Of a DNA stretch of 64,000 nucleotides, positions 11,274 to 21,208 are shown piece after piece. Within the stretch, counting starts at the first letter, position 1; each line of letters begins with the position of its first letter. The notes under the pieces were generated by a model that saw nothing but the letters and a program-made list of their open reading frames with translations, was not told where the DNA came from and ran no database searches. Made by a program: the position numbers and the translations under genes. The stretch comes from an uncultured Pseudomonadota bacterium. GTDB lineage: Bacteria > Pseudomonadota > Alphaproteobacteria > Rhizobiales > Xanthobacteraceae. The stretch covers positions 376,550 to 440,549 of the forward strand of contig CAWAIV010000004.1 of assembly GCA_963782145.1 (NCBI GenBank), read 5' to 3'.

Positions 11274-12587
11274 ATGGCTGCTCAAATACCGGCTAATTTC
11301 CGCCGCGTGATTACCGCCGCGGCGGGCGGCAACGTCATCGAATGGTATGACTTTTATATTTTCGGCAGCTTGGCCGCGATCTTGTCGGTCAAGTTTTTCG
11401 AAAAGAGTCATCCCGTTGCCGCGCTACTGAGTACGATCGCCTTGTTCACCGCCGGCTTCCTGGTCCGCCCGCTCGGCGCCTTCGTGTTCGGCTGGCTGGG
11501 CGACGTCGTCGGCCGCAAATACACCTTCCTGATGACCCTGGTCGGCATGGCGCTCGGTACCGGCGCTATCGGCCTGATCCCCACCTTCGACCAGATCGGC
11601 CTGTCCGCCGCGTTCATCTTGTTCGCGTTACGCATGATCCAGGGCCTCTGCCTCGGCGGCCAATACGGCGGTGCCATCACCTATGTCGCCGAGCACGTCT
11701 CCGACGAGCACCGCGGCTATTATACCGGCTGGCTGCAGACCTCGCCGACGCTGGGCATCGTGGTGTCGCTCGTCGTCATCATCGCCTCGCGCAGCTATTT
11801 CGGCACCGAGGCATTCAATGCCTGGGCGTGGCGCATCCCGTTCTTGTTCTCGTTCATCCTGGTGTTCATCGCCTTCTACATCCGCGGCGCCTTCGAAGAA
11901 TCGCCGATCTATGCGGAAATCAAGGCCAAGGGACAAACGAGCAAGAATCCCTGGCGCGAAGCCTTCGGCAATCCAGCCAACCTCAAATACGTGGTGATCG
12001 CCACCATCATCGTGCTAGGGCAGGGCGTGGTCTGGTATAGCGGCCAGTTCTGGGCGCTCTACTTCATGCAGCAGGTTTCCAAGGTCGATCCGCTGACCAC
12101 GGCCTGGATCGTGGGCATCGGTCTCGTCATCGGCACGCCATCGCTCATCTTCTTCGGCTGGCTGTCCGACAAGATCGGCCGCAAGCCGGTGATCCTGGGC
12201 GGCATGTTCCTCGCCGCAATCACTTATTATCCGCTGTATTCATGGCTCGGGTCGGTCACCCAGCCGGGCCATGTCAACGCGCCGATCGCGATTCTCATCG
12301 TCGCCATCATGGTCTGCTATGTGGGCATGGTGTATGGGCCAATCGGGGCGTTCCTCGCCGAATTCTTCCCGAGCCGCATCCGCTATACCTCGGTGTCGGT
12401 GCCCTATCACATCGGCAACGGCTGGGGCGGCGGACTGGTGCCGCTGATCACCACGGCGGCCTATCAGGCGACGCACAGCATCGCCTATGCGCTGATCTAT
12501 CCGATCGCTGTGCCGGCGGTGTGCCTCATCCTCGGCCTGTTCCTGATGCCGGAGACTTACAAGAACAAGATTTGGGGGCAACAATAA
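11274..12587 (+). CDS. MFS transporter, metabolite:H+ symporter (MHS) family
   Basis: GNVIEWYDFYIFG, RPLGA and GWLSDKIGRKP motifs. Confidence 0.92.
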   Translation: MAAQIPANFRRVITAAAGGNVIEWYDFYIFGSLAAILSVKFFEKSHPVAALLSTIALFTAGFLVRPLGAFVFGWLGDVVGRKYTFLMTLVGMALGTGAIGLIPTFDQIGLSAAFILFALRMIQGLCLGGQYGGAITYVAEHVSDEHRGYYTGWLQTSPTLGIVVSLVVIIASRSYFGTEAFNAWAWRIPFLFSFILVFIAFYIRGAFEESPIYAEIKAKGQTSKNPWREAFGNPANLKYVVIATIIVLGQGVVWYSGQFWALYFMQQVSKVDPLTTAWIVGIGLVIGTPSLIFFGWLSDKIGRKPVILGGMFLAAITYYPLYSWLGSVTQPGHVNAPIAILIVAIMVCYVGMVYGPIGAFLAEFFPSRIRYTSVSVPYHIGNGWGGGLVPLITTAAYQATHSIAYALIYPIAVPAVCLILGLFLMPETYKNKIWGQQ

Positions 12588-12860
12588 GCGTCCACGGTGC
12601 ACTCGGTACTTTGCATCGCAGAAGCTGGCTGCGCGGGGCCCGGTGGGCCTCGCGTTTCATTCTTAGCGCCGGCATGAAGCGCATGATCGCGCAACGTGGA
12701 GGCCAATTTTTGCGTCAGCACCTGCGCACGATCGATGATAGAATAAAACCGGATCGGGCTTGCGTGGTGCGACGCAAGCCGCATCTTGCCGGGTCGGCCG
12801 GATAGTGTCGAATTGATGGGGGTCAAAGCAACGGTCCCGGCCGCCGCGATAGGCTGAAAC

Positions 12861-13598
12861 ATGATTGCATTACTGGCGGACATTCATGGAAATCGTGAAG
12901 CGTTGACGGCGTGCCTGGCCGACGCCGAACGTCGCCAAGTCGATGGTTACATCTTTCTCGGCGACCTGGTCGGTTACGGCGCCGATCCGGGATGGGTCGT
13001 CGATTGCGTCGGCGCCTATGTCGAGCGCGGCGCTTCGGCCATCCTCGGCAACCACGATGCCGCGGCTGCGGGCGCGCGCGAAGCCATGAATGAGACGGCG
13101 CAGGAAGCCATCGAATGGACGCGCCGCCAATTGAGTCCCGCGCAGAAGGAATTTCTCGGTGGGCTGCCGCTGTCAATCGAGCAGGACGGACGCTTGTTCG
13201 TGCATGCCAGTCCGCTCGAACCGTCGCGTTGGCATTATGTCACCGGCAGTCAGGCCGCGCGTGCCAGCCTTGTCGCGACCGCCGCGCGCCAATCCTTCTG
13301 CGGCCACGTTCATATACCGGCGCTCTACGGACTGTCGCTGACTGGCAAATTGATGGCGTTCTCGCCGGTGGCCGGCATGACGATCCCGCTGCTTGCCGGA
13401 CGACGGTGGCTCGCGGTCATCGGCGCGGTCGGGCAGCCGCGTGATCAAAATCCGGCGGCCTGTTATGCCCTGCTCGACCAAAGGGCGAATACATTGACCT
13501 ATCGCCGCGTTCCCTATGACGCCGCGACCGCCGCGCGCAAGATACGCGAGGCGGGGCTGCCGGCGATCCTGGCCACCCGGCTCGAACGCGGGTTTTGA
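12861..13598 (+). CDS. Metallophosphoesterase (calcineurin-like)
   Basis: DIHGN, GDLVGYG, GNHD and GHVH motifs. Confidence 0.9.
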   Translation: MIALLADIHGNREALTACLADAERRQVDGYIFLGDLVGYGADPGWVVDCVGAYVERGASAILGNHDAAAAGAREAMNETAQEAIEWTRRQLSPAQKEFLGGLPLSIEQDGRLFVHASPLEPSRWHYVTGSQAARASLVATAARQSFCGHVHIPALYGLSLTGKLMAFSPVAGMTIPLLAGRRWLAVIGAVGQPRDQNPAACYALLDQRANTLTYRRVPYDAATAARKIREAGLPAILATRLERGF

Positions 13599-13600
13599 TC

Positions 13601-14983
13601 ATGGCCGGCAACCTGAGCCCCGGTGATGTGATCGACGGCTTTCGTCTGCTGGAGCCTTTGCATCGCGGCGGCCTCGGTGCGTTGTGGCGGGTGAGCCGGC
13701 CCGACACCGATCTGCCGATCGTGATGAAATTGCCATTATTGCTGCCGGGTGACGATCCGCTCGCGATCGTCAGCTATGAAACCGAGCAGATGATCCTGCC
13801 GCGGCTCTCCGGAACGCATGTGCCGCGCTTTATCGCCGCCGGCGATTACGGCGGCCCTTATGTCGTCATGGAATTCATCAACGGGCGCTCGCTGAAGGAT
13901 CGGCTGGAGGAACTGCCGCTCGCGCCCGAGGAGGTGGCCGACCTGGGGGCAAGGATCGCGGACGCGATCGGCGAATTGCACGAACAAAGAGTGGTCCATC
14001 TCGACATCAAGCCGAGTAACCTCATGGTGCGCGAGGACGGTACCGTCGTCCTCTTGGATTTCGGACTGTCGCGCCACTTGGATTTGCCGGACCTGCCGGC
14101 GGAGGAAATGGATGGGCCGCTCGGCACCGGTTCCTATATCGCGCCCGAACAGGTGCTCGGCGTGCGCGACGATCCGCGCAGCGATTTATTCGGGCTTGGC
14201 GTGGTGCTGTATTTCCTTGCGACGGGACGACGGCCGTTCGGCGAGCCGCGCACCGTCGCCCAATGGCGGCAACGGCTCTATGTTGCGCCGGCGCCGCCGC
14301 GTCATTGGCGGCCCGAAATTCCGCCTTGGTTGCAGGAGATTATCCTGCATTGCTTGGAAGTCGAAGCGCGCGATCGCTATCAAAGTGCCGCGCACCTCGC
14401 GTTCGACTTGCGGCATCCCGAGCTGGTGGCGCTGACCGAGCGTGCCGCCCGTGTGGGCGGCAACAACTGGCTATCGGTAGTACGCCGCTGGTTCACGCAA
14501 GCGCGAACCCGGATCGCCGTGGTAGCGGAGCCGCGCGCCGCCACGGGCGGAGCGTCGATCATCATGGCGGCCGTCGACCTTAGTGAAGAATATGAGCAAT
14601 TGTCCCGGGCGCTGGCCAAGGCCGTCGCCCGCCTGCTCGCGAGCGAACCGGACGCGCGCCTGGCTTGCGTCAATATTCTGAAGCTGGCGCGCGTGATGCC
14701 AGACAAATTCGAAGATGAGGAAGGCCGCAACCTGCATCTGCTGCGCTTGTCCGAGCTCAAGCATTGGGCCGCGCCGCTGCGGCAATTGCCAAATCAAATC
14801 ACCTACCATGTCATCGAGGCATTCGATCCCGCGGCCGCCTTGATCGATTTTGCCCGCCGCAACAGGGTCAAACATTTGGTGATGGGCGCGCGCAATTCCG
14901 CGCCGTTGCGCCGCTATCTCGGCAGCGTGTCGTCGAAGATCATCGCCGAGGCGCCTTGCACCGCGACGGTGGTCCGCATCTAG
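13601..14983 (+). CDS. Bifunctional Ser/Thr protein kinase / universal stress protein
   Basis: HLDIKPSN, DFG, APE and SDLFGLG kinase motifs; C-terminal LVMGAR...LGSVSSKIIAEAPC USP signature. Confidence 0.9.
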   Translation: MAGNLSPGDVIDGFRLLEPLHRGGLGALWRVSRPDTDLPIVMKLPLLLPGDDPLAIVSYETEQMILPRLSGTHVPRFIAAGDYGGPYVVMEFINGRSLKDRLEELPLAPEEVADLGARIADAIGELHEQRVVHLDIKPSNLMVREDGTVVLLDFGLSRHLDLPDLPAEEMDGPLGTGSYIAPEQVLGVRDDPRSDLFGLGVVLYFLATGRRPFGEPRTVAQWRQRLYVAPAPPRHWRPEIPPWLQEIILHCLEVEARDRYQSAAHLAFDLRHPELVALTERAARVGGNNWLSVVRRWFTQARTRIAVVAEPRAATGGASIIMAAVDLSEEYEQLSRALAKAVARLLASEPDARLACVNILKLARVMPDKFEDEEGRNLHLLRLSELKHWAAPLRQLPNQITYHVIEAFDPAAALIDFARRNRVKHLVMGARNSAPLRRYLGSVSSKIIAEAPCTATVVRI

Positions 14984-15027
14984 CGTCCCTTCCAGCGGGC
15001 CGATTTATCTTTTGGCGGACACGCTCC

Positions 15028-15657
15028 TTAGCCGAACAGCGCGTCGATATCGCCCTGGCTGGCGTGGCCGGAATCGCCGTCGAGCTTGGGCCCGTGCAGC
15101 AGTTCGCGCGCAGGCGCCGCGGCCGGTGCGTGACCGGCGCTGCCGGGATATTTGCTGTGCTCGGCCACCGCGCTCAGTCGCTGCTCGACGAAGCCCAGCG
15201 TGGCGATTACCTTGCCGATACGCTGGCCGGTGAGATCCTGAAAATTGCACGCCTCGTAGAGGCGCACCACGTGCTCCTGGATATCCTGCGCCAGGCTGCG
15301 CTCGTAGTCGGTCATGTGCGCGAAGGCGAGCGCCTTGGCGCAGTCGTCGATCATCTCGGCCGATTGCAGGATCGTGTCGGTGGCCTTTTCCATGGCCTCG
15401 ACCGCGGCGCCGAGCTCGCCGGCGGCACGCGTCATCCGCTGCTCCTTGCCGTCGCAGAGCAGCACCGAAAGCTCGCGTGCATTGTGGGCGAAGGCGTCGC
15501 GCATGAGCGCGAGGTCGCGCTTGAGCGCCGTCAATTCGCCGGTGCCGGTTCCGGCGGGATGCGCATGCGCATGGGCGTGCGGATGCGGATGTGCCGGCGC
15601 TGCATGGGCGCGGCGTTCGCCGACCATCTGTTCGATGCGGAAGCGTTTCTGCTGCAC
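15028..15657 (-). CDS. CheZ-like protein
   Basis: EACNFQDLTGQRIGKV motif; C-terminal SQGDIDALF CheY-binding-type helix. Confidence 0.8.
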   Translation of the reverse strand: MQQKRFRIEQMVGERRAHAAPAHPHPHAHAHAHPAGTGTGELTALKRDLALMRDAFAHNARELSVLLCDGKEQRMTRAAGELGAAVEAMEKATDTILQSAEMIDDCAKALAFAHMTDYERSLAQDIQEHVVRLYEACNFQDLTGQRIGKVIATLGFVEQRLSAVAEHSKYPGSAGHAPAAAPARELLHGPKLDGDSGHASQGDIDALFG

Positions 15658-15924
15658 GGCGCTGGTGTCCCCGATACCGTCCCCGACCGTGACGTCTTAG
15701 CGCAGTGGAAATTAATGCTGAGTTGCAACGCGCTAAATCGCGCTCACACGTGAACCGGGCGTTTACCATGTCGGTTCGCGCTTTACGCAAAATAAACGCT
15801 AAGGCGACGAAACGCCGCCGCTTGCGCGGTAATCGCGCGCGCGGCGCGCCAAGTTTACCAATCGGTTTCTCTTTGGCCTTTGACTTGAGCCACCGACGCA
15901 ATCTCTTGTTCACCGAGTTAATCG

Positions 15925-16743
15925 ATGTCGCGTTTGCTTGCTATCAGCCTTGCCGCACTTCCGCTCGTGCTCGCCGCCGGCGCCGCGACGGCGCAGACGC
16001 CGCGCATGGTGATTGCGGCGCCGCCGCCACCGCCGATGCGATCCGAGCTCGGCGGCGGCTTCATCGAATTCCTGTTCGGCGCCCACAATGCATCGGCGCC
16101 GCGTCTGGCGCCGGCACCGCCGCCGGTCATCTATGGCGAGCCGGAACCGGCGCAGCAGCCGCTGCGCTATGTCAACACCGCGCCGGCCGATCCCATGCCG
16201 GAGCCGCGCCGGCCCGCTTACCCCGTCGATCCGCAATTCCTCCGGCAGGAAGTCGCCTATCACGGCAAGGAAGCGCCCGGCACCATTGTGGTCGATACGC
16301 CGGACCATTTCCTCTTCCTGGTGGAGGATGGCGGCAAGGCGATGCGCTACGGCATCGGCGTCGCGCGCAGCGGCTTCTCCTGGTCGGGCGTGCATAAGAT
16401 CACCGCCAAGCGGGAATGGCCCGATTGGATTCCGCCGAAGGAGATGATCGAGCGCCAGCCTTATCTGCCGCATCGCATGGCCGGCGGCCCCAACAATCCG
16501 CTCGGCGCACGCGCTCTCTATATCGGCTCCACGCTCTACCGCATCCACGGCTCCAACGAGCCCTGGACGATCGGCCACAACGTGTCGTCCGGCTGCATCC
16601 GCCTGCGCAATGAGGACATTGTCGACCTCTACAGCCGGGTCAAGCTCGGCACCAAGGTCGTGGTGATCGGTCCGCATGGATCGGACCGCGACTACATTCC
16701 GCCGCCGACCACCGATCCGCGGCAGGTAGAGCGATCCGGCTGA
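15925..16743 (+). CDS. L,D-transpeptidase (YkuD/ErfK family)
   Basis: NPLGARALY and IHGS...SSGCIRL motifs; signal peptide. Confidence 0.93.
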   Translation: MSRLLAISLAALPLVLAAGAATAQTPRMVIAAPPPPPMRSELGGGFIEFLFGAHNASAPRLAPAPPPVIYGEPEPAQQPLRYVNTAPADPMPEPRRPAYPVDPQFLRQEVAYHGKEAPGTIVVDTPDHFLFLVEDGGKAMRYGIGVARSGFSWSGVHKITAKREWPDWIPPKEMIERQPYLPHRMAGGPNNPLGARALYIGSTLYRIHGSNEPWTIGHNVSSGCIRLRNEDIVDLYSRVKLGTKVVVIGPHGSDRDYIPPPTTDPRQVERSG

Positions 16744-16758
16744 CCGCGCGCGTCGCGC

Positions 16759-17604
16759 TCACGCCGGAGCGGCGAGCGCTACGCCATGTTCGGCGAGCAG
16801 CCCTGGGAAAGCCTCCGAGTCGAAGAAAGCGGCTTCGCGCTCGCGCAGGTCGGTGAGCGAATCGAGCCGGCGCAGCGCGTCATCGACGAAACCGGGATGG
16901 CACATGATCAGCCCGCCGTCCGGCAGGCCGGCGAGGAAGCGCGGAAACAGTCGCGCATAATCGGCTTTGGCGGTGAATTCATAGGCGCCGGCGAAGGCCG
17001 GATTGGTGGCGATGCCCAAGTCTTGCGCCTGGCGGCGCAAGCCGAGGCTGAGAATGTCGAGTACCAGCGCCTTGGGGTCGCGCAAACCGCGCGTGCCGCG
17101 CGCCCGCCCGCATTGCCGTATCCAGGCTTGCGGCGCCGCCTCGCTCACCACCTTGAGCAGCGCGTCGCGCACCTGCGGCACCAGATGCACATGCTGATGG
17201 CCGTCCAGAAAATCCGGCAGACGGCCGAAGGCCTCGGCGAACAGCCGAAGCTGGGTGCCGATCTCGATCACCAGACGCTCGAGTTTAAGCCGTCGCGCCA
17301 TCGCGCGGCGCATCGTCTCACCGATCGACAGGAAGCGGCCGGCGCGCAGCGGCGCGTAGCTTTCGCTCATCGGCGCGAACGGCGCGGTGAGGGTGACATG
17401 CAGGCCTAGCGCGGCGCGCGTTTCGCCGGCATTGAGCGCATCGAGCGCGCCGGCCTGCTCCGCATCGAAATGCGGCGCCACCACCATCACCGAGGTGGCG
17501 TTGATACGCCGGCGCGCGATCAATCCGCGGATCGCCTCGTTCACACCGGGCGACATGCCGTAATCGTCGGCGCAAAGCCAGATTCGGCGCGTAACGCCGC
17601 TCAT
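16759..17604 (-). CDS. YdjC/ChbG/HpnK family carbohydrate deacetylase
   Basis: ADDYG, GLHVTL, DGHQHVH and MCHPG motifs; ATGA-coupled to the GT2 gene. Confidence 0.88.
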   Translation of the reverse strand: MSGVTRRIWLCADDYGMSPGVNEAIRGLIARRRINATSVMVVAPHFDAEQAGALDALNAGETRAALGLHVTLTAPFAPMSESYAPLRAGRFLSIGETMRRAMARRLKLERLVIEIGTQLRLFAEAFGRLPDFLDGHQHVHLVPQVRDALLKVVSEAAPQAWIRQCGRARGTRGLRDPKALVLDILSLGLRRQAQDLGIATNPAFAGAYEFTAKADYARLFPRFLAGLPDGGLIMCHPGFVDDALRRLDSLTDLREREAAFFDSEAFPGLLAEHGVALAAPA

Positions 17605-18668
17605 TCGGCGGCCCGCGTCGCGCCCGCCCGCGGCTTGGCGGCCTCCTTGCCGGCGTCGCGGGCGCTTTCCTTGGCGGATTTCAGGCTCTGCTCGGCGACG
17701 AAATAGACCGGGCGCGCTTTGATCTCGGACAGGAGCTTGCCGATATATTCGCCAAGCACGCCGATCATGATGAGTTGAACCGAACCGAGCACCATCATGC
17801 CGACGAACAGTGACGGATAGCCGGGCACGTCCTGGCCGTAGACCAGTGTCTCGATCAGGATCTGGCCGCCGAAGATGAGCGCGGCCACGGCGAGCAGGAT
17901 GCCGAGCAGGCTCGCCACGCGCAGCGGCGCCACCGTGAACGAGGTGAGCCCCTCGATCGACAGGCCGATCAGGCTCCTTGTATTCCAACTCGTCACGCCA
18001 TGGGCGCGGGCGGCCGGTTCATAGTCGACGCGCGCCTGGCGGAAGCCGATCCAGCTCGACATGCCCTTGAAGAAGCGGTTGCGCTCCGGCATCTGCCGCA
18101 GCGCCGCCGCCGCGCGCGACGACAGCAGGCGGAAGTCGCCGGCATCTTCCGGGATTTTCTGCCGCTGGCCGAGGTTGATCAGGGCATAGAACCAGTGCAC
18201 GCCGGCACGGCGCAGCCAAGTCTCGTTCTCGCGGTTGGCCTTGGCGGTGAACACCACATCGTAGCCGTCGTCGAGCCAACGCGCGACCAGCGTCTCGATC
18301 AGATCGGGCGGATGCTGGCCGTCGCCATCCATGAACAGCACGGCGCCGAGACGGGCATGGTCGAGGCCGGCGAGCAGGGCGGCTTCCTTGCCGAAATTGC
18401 GCGACAGCGTGATCAGCTGGATGTCGAGCGGTCCCGTCGGCAGGTCCTGTGCGACGCTGTTGGTGGAATCGCGGCTGCCGTCGTCGACATAGACGATCTC
18501 GATGGGGATCGCGCGCGCGGCCTTGATGCGGCCGGCCACCTCGACGATGCGCTCGTGCAGGCGGGTGAGGCCCCGGGCCTCGTTGTAGAGCGGGACCACG
18601 ATCGATAGCCCGGCGGGCGCCGGCGCTCGTGTCGCGTGGGTGGCTGATTTGCTGGTTTTTCCCGGCAT
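17601..18668 (-). CDS. GT2 polyprenol-phosphate glycosyltransferase (GtrB/ArnC-like)
   Basis: VVPLYNE, DDGS, RNFGKEAAL, DGDGQHPP and GDFRL motifs; two C-terminal TM. Confidence 0.92.
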   Translation of the reverse strand: MPGKTSKSATHATRAPAPAGLSIVVPLYNEARGLTRLHERIVEVAGRIKAARAIPIEIVYVDDGSRDSTNSVAQDLPTGPLDIQLITLSRNFGKEAALLAGLDHARLGAVLFMDGDGQHPPDLIETLVARWLDDGYDVVFTAKANRENETWLRRAGVHWFYALINLGQRQKIPEDAGDFRLLSSRAAAALRQMPERNRFFKGMSSWIGFRQARVDYEPAARAHGVTSWNTRSLIGLSIEGLTSFTVAPLRVASLLGILLAVAALIFGGQILIETLVYGQDVPGYPSLFVGMMVLGSVQLIMIGVLGEYIGKLLSEIKARPVYFVAEQSLKSAKESARDAGKEAAKPRAGATRAAE

Positions 18669-18772
18669 TTTAACGCGGCCTTGATCTATTCCCGCGATCT
18701 ATAGCGCATGCGTCAAGTCCTGTCGCGTCATTCGGTTTGCGGCGGCCGGCGGACGTGGTAACGGAGCGCGCG

Positions 18773-19213
18773 ATGATTGGCCCGTCCCCGCAGATAATCC
18801 TCGAACGCTTTAGCACTGCCTGGCAGGCGCGCGCGCTGCCGCTCAAGGCGGCGAGCTTCGCGCTGGTCGGCGTGGTCAATACGGCAATCGATTTCACCGT
18901 GTTCTGGACCGCCGCCCACTATCTCGGCTGGCCGCTGGTGCCGGCCAATATGCTGGCCTGGCTGGTGGCGGTCACCTGCTCCTATGTGATGAATACCTTC
19001 ATCACCTTCGGCCCGGAATCGGGCCATACCCTGCGCTGGCGCGATTATTTCGCGTTCGCTGCCTCCGGCGTTGCCGGCATGGCGGCGAGCACCGCGACGC
19101 TGATTGCGCTTTCTTACGTGCTGCCGCTGGTGCCGGCCAAGCTGCTGTCGGTCCTGGTGAGCTTCGCGGTCAATTTTATGCTCTCACATCTGGTGGTGTT
19201 TCGTCCGCGATAA
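18773..19213 (+). CDS. GtrA family flippase-like protein
   Basis: FALVGVVNTAIDF motif, 4 TM, divergent from the GT2 gene. Confidence 0.88.
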   Translation: MIGPSPQIILERFSTAWQARALPLKAASFALVGVVNTAIDFTVFWTAAHYLGWPLVPANMLAWLVAVTCSYVMNTFITFGPESGHTLRWRDYFAFAASGVAGMAASTATLIALSYVLPLVPAKLLSVLVSFAVNFMLSHLVVFRPR

Positions 19214-19246
19214 TCGTCAAAGAGTTCGTAGGCCGCGACGGGCGCG

Positions 19247-21043
19247 TCATGCCGGCCGAACCGCAGCCTCACCCCACGTGCCCAAAGTGTGCACTTTTTC
19301 CGCGGCCAAATTCTTTTGCACATGTGCCGCGCCGTCGCTCTGCGCGGCATCACCCGAGGCAACGGCAAGCAGGCCCGCTCTAGCGTCCAGGTCTTCCATG
19401 GCGTGCGCAAACTTCGGCTCCTCGCGCCATGCCCACTTGGCGTGCTCGAGCCGCGCATAGATCTGGCCCGTCCGGTAATCGGCGAAATTGATGCACGGAA
19501 TCCAGCGGGCGCACCGCTTGAGGAATTCGACGTTGCGCTCCGGTGCCAGGTTCTCGCCGACGTAGACTTCCGCCCGTTTGTGCGCATGAATATTGATTTT
19601 CCTGAACCGATCGATATCGATCATCCGCTTGATATCGAGAATGGTCATTTCGGTATTCCAACCAAAGGCTACTGTCCGGGGTGGCTGGCCTTCGGGGACG
19701 CTATTGTCAAGGAATTCGTAGTGCACATGTTTGCCGGCACTCAGCGCCCAGGTGAAAAACAATTCCGGCATGCCGGTATAGGCTTCGACATTGTGCGCCA
19801 GGAGATCCTCGACCGCTTTGTATCGCCCCAACCTCAACCCGCGAAGCCAGGCGCGCTCGACCGTCATTTCCGGCGGCGTGATCATGAAGAACATGTAGAC
19901 GAGATTGCCAAACCGGGTCAGCAATCGGATTGATCCTTTGCCTTCGCGTTCCGGTACGAAGCTGTCGAAACGGAAGCGGTCGATCAGCAGGTGCGGCATT
20001 TCTCCTCTGGCCGCCCGTGCCGCCATGCGATGATCGAGCTTCTTGTCGATGATTTCGATCTCCTGGCCGGTCAGCGTCCCGGCGTATTTATAGGCCGGCC
20101 CCAGCGATCCGTAGTCGAGCAGAAACTTGCGCCAGATGTCGGGACTGATGAGAGCGAAGTCTTCCCAGGGAAATTGCAGTTTTCTCGCCAGGCTGCGTTG
20201 AAGCGGCCGCATCGAGCTTTTGCCGGACGCTGAAGCACCTTTGACGTTCATCACCACCGGCTGCTGCTGCCGCGGCAAAGACCGGTAACCTTCACGGACA
20301 ATCGCTTCGCGGACATACGGAGCGATAGCGTTCCCGATAACGGCGCTGCCATGGTTGTTGCACACCAGTGTGACGACCAACTCGGTGAGCAGCGCGATAT
20401 CGCCGAACAGTCGGCCGCGGCGGCTCAAGACTGCCGTTGCAATCTTCTCCAAGGCTTCGAAGCATGCCTCTTCGACCGGATCGTCGGTTGTTTCCGCCCG
20501 TTTACGCCATTCGGCGATGATCTCGAGCTCGCGCTCTGCCGGGGTTCTTGTCGATTGGGACGATGGCGCTTGCGGCTTGCCGGATCCGAACAGCCGGCGC
20601 CAGCCACCTCCCGCATCGTGATGGCCGGCCGGCTTCGGCGTCGGGAACGCTTTCGCGAGCTCCCGCTCTATGATGAGGGTGGCCGTATCCTTCACCTGCT
20701 CGAAGGCGCGCAGTATTTCGTCGCGATGCGGCGCAATATATCGATTGAGAATGGTGGCGGCGATTTCACGAAAGTTCTTGCCCAAGTCTTCATCGCGACC
20801 GTCGGGGACGGAAATGCCGGTGGTCACCTGAATGAGGAGCTCATGAACGATCAATCGGTCTGGGCGAAAGGAGACCAACTCGTCCGCGGGCAGTCCGCAG
20901 TACTCGCTCAGTTCATGGGTTTTGTCGATGCTGCTTGAAACGTTCTCGTCGCGGAACACCGTCGAGAGCGGCAGATACTCGCGCGGCAGCTCGGATTCCA
21001 GGCCCGGATTCCATGCATCATATTCGGTGGTTGGCGACCGCAT
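19247..21043 (-). CDS. Hypothetical 598-aa P-loop protein with a zeta-toxin-like kinase domain
   Basis: Long intact ORF; Walker A GASASGKS followed by ISPDIWRK; later ERAWLRG...GRYK lid-like segment. Confidence 0.7.
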   Translation of the reverse strand: MRSPTTEYDAWNPGLESELPREYLPLSTVFRDENVSSSIDKTHELSEYCGLPADELVSFRPDRLIVHELLIQVTTGISVPDGRDEDLGKNFREIAATILNRYIAPHRDEILRAFEQVKDTATLIIERELAKAFPTPKPAGHHDAGGGWRRLFGSGKPQAPSSQSTRTPAERELEIIAEWRKRAETTDDPVEEACFEALEKIATAVLSRRGRLFGDIALLTELVVTLVCNNHGSAVIGNAIAPYVREAIVREGYRSLPRQQQPVVMNVKGASASGKSSMRPLQRSLARKLQFPWEDFALISPDIWRKFLLDYGSLGPAYKYAGTLTGQEIEIIDKKLDHRMAARAARGEMPHLLIDRFRFDSFVPEREGKGSIRLLTRFGNLVYMFFMITPPEMTVERAWLRGLRLGRYKAVEDLLAHNVEAYTGMPELFFTWALSAGKHVHYEFLDNSVPEGQPPRTVAFGWNTEMTILDIKRMIDIDRFRKINIHAHKRAEVYVGENLAPERNVEFLKRCARWIPCINFADYRTGQIYARLEHAKWAWREEPKFAHAMEDLDARAGLLAVASGDAAQSDGAAHVQKNLAAEKVHTLGTWGEAAVRPA

Positions 21044-21208
21044 GGCTTGCGCGACATCCCTCGTGGCCCGCTGCTGGGGGCAGCGTTGCCAAACTACCCC
21101 TTGCCGGGATGGCGCGAAAGACCAAGCGGCCAGCGTCTGCCGAAACGACGAATTCGGCGCACTCCGGCGCCGGAATTGCGCCGGTACCGCGAGCCCGTCA
21201 TGGCGCGA

